This document shows positions 61,098 through 64,000 of a DNA stretch of 64,000 nt, piece by piece. A program made the position numbers and the translations under genes. The notes under the pieces were generated by a model. It was not told where the DNA came from. It was given only the letters and a program-made list of their open reading frames with translations, and did no database searches. Positions within the stretch are counted from its first letter, which is position 1, and the number at the start of each line of letters is the position of its first letter. Source of the DNA: a virus; IMG/VR virus record IMGVR_UViG_3300022744_000001, positions 383,762 through 447,761 of that record; one strand, 5' to 3'.

Positions 61098-61571
61098 CTA
61101 GTCGAGAAGGTTGCAGAACGCTTCGTCGGTCCCCAGCGAGGTGATGCGACCCGGAGGGAGCGCGTAGCAGGACAGCTTCCGAAGCTCCCTCACCCAGGCG
61201 GGCTCAGCCGTGTTCTGGATGATGAACCCCTTGTAGTCATGCCTGTCCGGACCAACCCAGTGAAACGCCACGAGGGTGTCCTCGCTCGTGATCCACCAGC
61301 ACAACCTACGCCCCAACGCAGCCTCGACAGCCGCGAAGGTCGTCACGTCCTCCTGGGAAGGCCCTGGCAGCCCAGAGCCCGGGTGAGAATGGGCAACACC
61401 ACGAAGGGTCGCCCTGTTCTTCCAGAGAACGTCCCACAGCTCCCGAGAGTCCGGAAGCGAACCCCCAGTGCGACCCGCAGGAAGATGCCAGTGCAAAACC
61501 TGGCGCTCTTCCCCGATAACCGCTCCTGCTTCAATCGTCATAATCATCTCCTTCGTAGTCTTCACCCACAT
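61098..61571 (-). CDS. JAB/MPN+ metalloprotease (deubiquitinase-like)
   Basis: E...HSHP......PS.ED JAMM motif. Confidence 0.85.
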   Translation of the reverse strand: MWVKTTKEMIMTIEAGAVIGEERQVLHWHLPAGRTGGSLPDSRELWDVLWKNRATLRGVAHSHPGSGLPGPSQEDVTTFAAVEAALGRRLCWWITSEDTLVAFHWVGPDRHDYKGFIIQNTAEPAWVRELRKLSCYALPPGRITSLGTDEAFCNLLD

Positions 61572-62496
61572 GGCGAAACACCACGAGCTTTCCCAGGTTC
61601 ATCGCTTCTCGAATGACACCGGGAAAGGACTCCAACGTGAAATACGTGTCGCCCTTTTCGCCGGTGCGGTGATCGACCAAGCAAATTCCAGAGTCGATGA
61701 TTCGCAGGGTAGTCTTGTCGCACACACACTCGAACTGGCGGCGCTGGAAGAGGAACTGCACCACCATCTCGTTACGCCCGTACGCCGGGCGACTGTCGAG
61801 GTATTCGGCACCCCCAACGGCCAGAGCCGCTCGAGCTGCCTCCCCGAAGTCCACCTGGGCCATCTGGCGACGACCCTCTGCGTTCCCGAGACGTTCTGCG
61901 AGCTGACGACGCTGCTCCTCTCGGGCACGCCGTTCCGCCTCCTCCCGACGCCTCTGCTCGGCCTCAGCCCGTTGCCGGGCCGTCTCTGCCCTCCGCCACG
62001 TCTCGAGCCGAAAAGCCATGTCCAGGGCCGGGGAAACCCCCTTGATCCCTGCCACAGACTCTGCTCGAGCTTGGAAGGCTTGTCGGACCTCGTCCTCGGG
62101 CCCCTGGGGCATGTCCAGGGACTCATAGAAGAACCGACCCCCGAGCTTGCCCGCCACGATCCGAACGAACCGGTCAATGCCCGGTTCAACCAGGTTGACG
62201 GGGACCGAGCACAAGATGAACTTGTCAGGGTCAGGGTCAACTCGAACCCCATCCAAGATCAAGTGGTCTCCAACCAAATAGCCCTTGGCTTTCTCCCCCA
62301 GTCGCTCCGGGGCAGGGTCAGCCAGGGAAACCCACGAGGCATTCCGCCCCGAGAGCTTGAATGTGTGCCACCCGTGTTCGCGGGGCAGGGGGCCTTTGAG
62401 GCCCCACACGCGGTCTTTGGAATGGAGGATCTTCCCGCCAGCCCAGGGAAGAACAATCGTCTCGTCCTCAGCCTGTAGAAGATCCTGCCATCCCAT
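61531..62496 (-). CDS. Putative E2-like conjugating enzyme (C-terminal domain) with a charged helical linker
   Basis: 'IIDSGICL....FTLESFPGVIREA' resembles the UBC G.ICL catalytic-Cys region and following helix; operon context. Confidence 0.55.
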   Translation of the reverse strand: MGWQDLLQAEDETIVLPWAGGKILHSKDRVWGLKGPLPREHGWHTFKLSGRNASWVSLADPAPERLGEKAKGYLVGDHLILDGVRVDPDPDKFILCSVPVNLVEPGIDRFVRIVAGKLGGRFFYESLDMPQGPEDEVRQAFQARAESVAGIKGVSPALDMAFRLETWRRAETARQRAEAEQRRREEAERRAREEQRRQLAERLGNAEGRRQMAQVDFGEAARAALAVGGAEYLDSRPAYGRNEMVVQFLFQRRQFECVCDKTTLRIIDSGICLVDHRTGEKGDTYFTLESFPGVIREAMNLGKLVVFRHVGEDYEGDDYDD

Positions 62497-62504
62497 GACT
62501 CACC

Positions 62505-64000
62505 TCACGCCGCGATCGCCCAGGTGGGCTTCTTGAGCAACTCAGTCTTCAGGATCGTGTCCACCAGCGTGACGCGGGGAGCGACCGGGGCCACAGCTGC
62601 CTTACCCACGGGCGTTGCCGCCACGAGAGCACGGATGGTGCGGGGAATCGCGTACACGTCATTGAAGGTGTTGTTGTCGATCCGGAAGCACGGGACACCG
62701 AGCTTGGCCGCGGTCGTGGTCACAGTGCTACCGTGACCACCGCTGCTCCGACCCAGCACCCGAAGGAAGCCGAACGCCATCGGGTTGAGACCCGAGTCAC
62801 GTACGACGTTCTCGAATGACTGCTCACCCTCCTCGTCACCGACGAAGATGAACAGCGAGTCCTCGTCCGCCTGGGGCTTGAAGTTCTGGAGGGACTTCAC
62901 ACCCGCCGCGTACGAGGTTCCGCCACCGGCAGTCACGCCTCGGAAAGCGTTAGCCACACCGGGGGCCGATGCGTGCTTGATCGCGATCTCACGACCCACC
63001 GTGTTGAACACGGAGACGTGGAGCCGATCCAACGAGAAAGCCTGGAGGAACTTGGAGATGTACTCCTTGGCCTGCTCGATTGCACCTTCCATCGAGCCAG
63101 AGATGTCCACCATGAAGTAGATGCGAAGGTTCCGGGTGACCTCTTCGACCGCCTTCTTGAGGGCGTTGTCCGAAGCCTCCTGGAGCTTCTCCACGTTCTC
63201 GGTCTTCTTCAACCGAAGGGCGATGTTGCTTGCGCGCATGTCCTCGGCTGCCTTGACTGCCCCCTCCCACCGCTTGCGGATGTCTGGTACCTCGAGCAGG
63301 CCCAGGTCCTCAAGCGTCGGGCTGTAGATGAGCAGGTCCTTGTTGGAGAACCCGCCCGCCTCGATGGAGGCCGCGACCACGGCACGGGTGAGGCCCACTT
63401 CCTTGGGAAGGAGACCCACGACGCGCTTGAAGTTCGGCTTCTCGAGCACGATGCGTTCGCACACCTGCTTCTCAGTCAAACCGTCCCACGTGACCGCGGC
63501 GGTGACCTTCTGACCGATGAGGATAGACCGACGACCGTCCTTCGACTGGTCCTGCTTCCAACGCAGGACTTCGAAGAACTTGGGCGTCTCGGGCTTGTAG
63601 CCGACCCGACGGGCCAACTCCATCACCGTGGTGCGCCAACCGCTCTTGACGAGGCCCTCGAGAACCTTGGGGTTCTCCTCTCGGTACCTCAGCCACTTCT
63701 CCACGGCCTTCTCCCAGCGCCCCAGGAAGGGGCGACGGGCGCTCTTGCCGAAGCCAAGCTCACGGTTGATGGCCGCGATACCGGGCAGCTTCAAGACGTC
63801 ATGGATGCGGAGCAGGAGGTTGGGCTTGAAGTCCACGTCCTTCATGTGCTGAAGGATCATGGCCTCACCCACGTCGCGGAAATCCTCGTCGTGGAAGGCG
63901 ACCTTGCCGCCATCGAGGACCGGGTCGCCCTTGCGGTTCTGAACCAGCATGAACGCCGCCAAAACGGCCTTCATGTCACGGTGCGGCTGCTTGTACACGT
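62505..64000 (-). CDS. Divergent Ro60/TROVE-like helical protein with a C-terminal vWA domain (N-terminus beyond the window)
   Basis: vWA MIDAS VDISGSM, GGT, VGDE; TROVE-like 'GRWEKAVEKWL' and 'GWRTTVMELARRVGYKP'. Confidence 0.65.
   Translation of the reverse strand, partial: VYKQPHRDMKAVLAAFMLVQNRKGDPVLDGGKVAFHDEDFRDVGEAMILQHMKDVDFKPNLLLRIHDVLKLPGIAAINRELGFGKSARRPFLGRWEKAVEKWLRYREENPKVLEGLVKSGWRTTVMELARRVGYKPETPKFFEVLRWKQDQSKDGRRSILIGQKVTAAVTWDGLTEKQVCERIVLEKPNFKRVVGLLPKEVGLTRAVVAASIEAGGFSNKDLLIYSPTLEDLGLLEVPDIRKRWEGAVKAAEDMRASNIALRLKKTENVEKLQEASDNALKKAVEEVTRNLRIYFMVDISGSMEGAIEQAKEYISKFLQAFSLDRLHVSVFNTVGREIAIKHASAPGVANAFRGVTAGGGTSYAAGVKSLQNFKPQADEDSLFIFVGDEEGEQSFENVVRDSGLNPMAFGFLRVLGRSSGGHGSTVTTTAAKLGVPCFRIDNNTFNDVYAIPRTIRALVAATPVGKAAVAPVAPRVTLVDTILKTELLKKPTWAIAA

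Noticed and set aside
1-64000. Stop-codon reassignment, as in some jumbo phages
   Set aside because: Conserved genes are full length under code 11 and end in TAA, TAG and TGA; no suppressor tRNA was found

Overview
This is a 64-kb fragment of a large, GC-rich tailed phage (jumbo-type) genome. Almost all genes are on the minus strand and standard genetic code 11 fits. The likely host is a myxobacterium, inferred only from one Myxococcota-style Cys-rich lipoprotein. From left to right: (1) 1-13.3 kb is a head/packaging module with portal, three tandem paralogues, a topoisomerase IB, the large terminase and repeat proteins. (2) 13.3-39.7 kb is a bacterial-style replication/recombination/transcription module: sigma-like protein, 5'-3' exonuclease, NusG-like protein, DnaX/HolA/HolB/clamp, primase core, split SbcC + SbcD, RecA, RuvC, SSB, RecD2, LigA, class II RNR, GroEL. 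(3) 39.7-57.2 kb holds RtcB and an array of about 35 tRNA genes, many structurally non-canonical, interleaved with accessory genes. (4) 57.7-64 kb is the most unusual part. Eight tRNA-derived ncRNAs share one RNA module (a two-helix stem with CC-A / CUC-GG at an internal loop, plus UACANGCA) and occur in three circularly permuted topologies, one of them YrlA-like. They sit just downstream of an operon encoding a divergent Ro60/TROVE-vWA protein and a complete ubiquitin-like conjugation set (E2-like, JAB, Ubl, E1). Two putative phage promoter motifs and a shared N-terminal leader (MYDYDF...[KR]xA) on accessory proteins are also visible. All assignments come from manual motif recognition and hand folding; no database searches were run.
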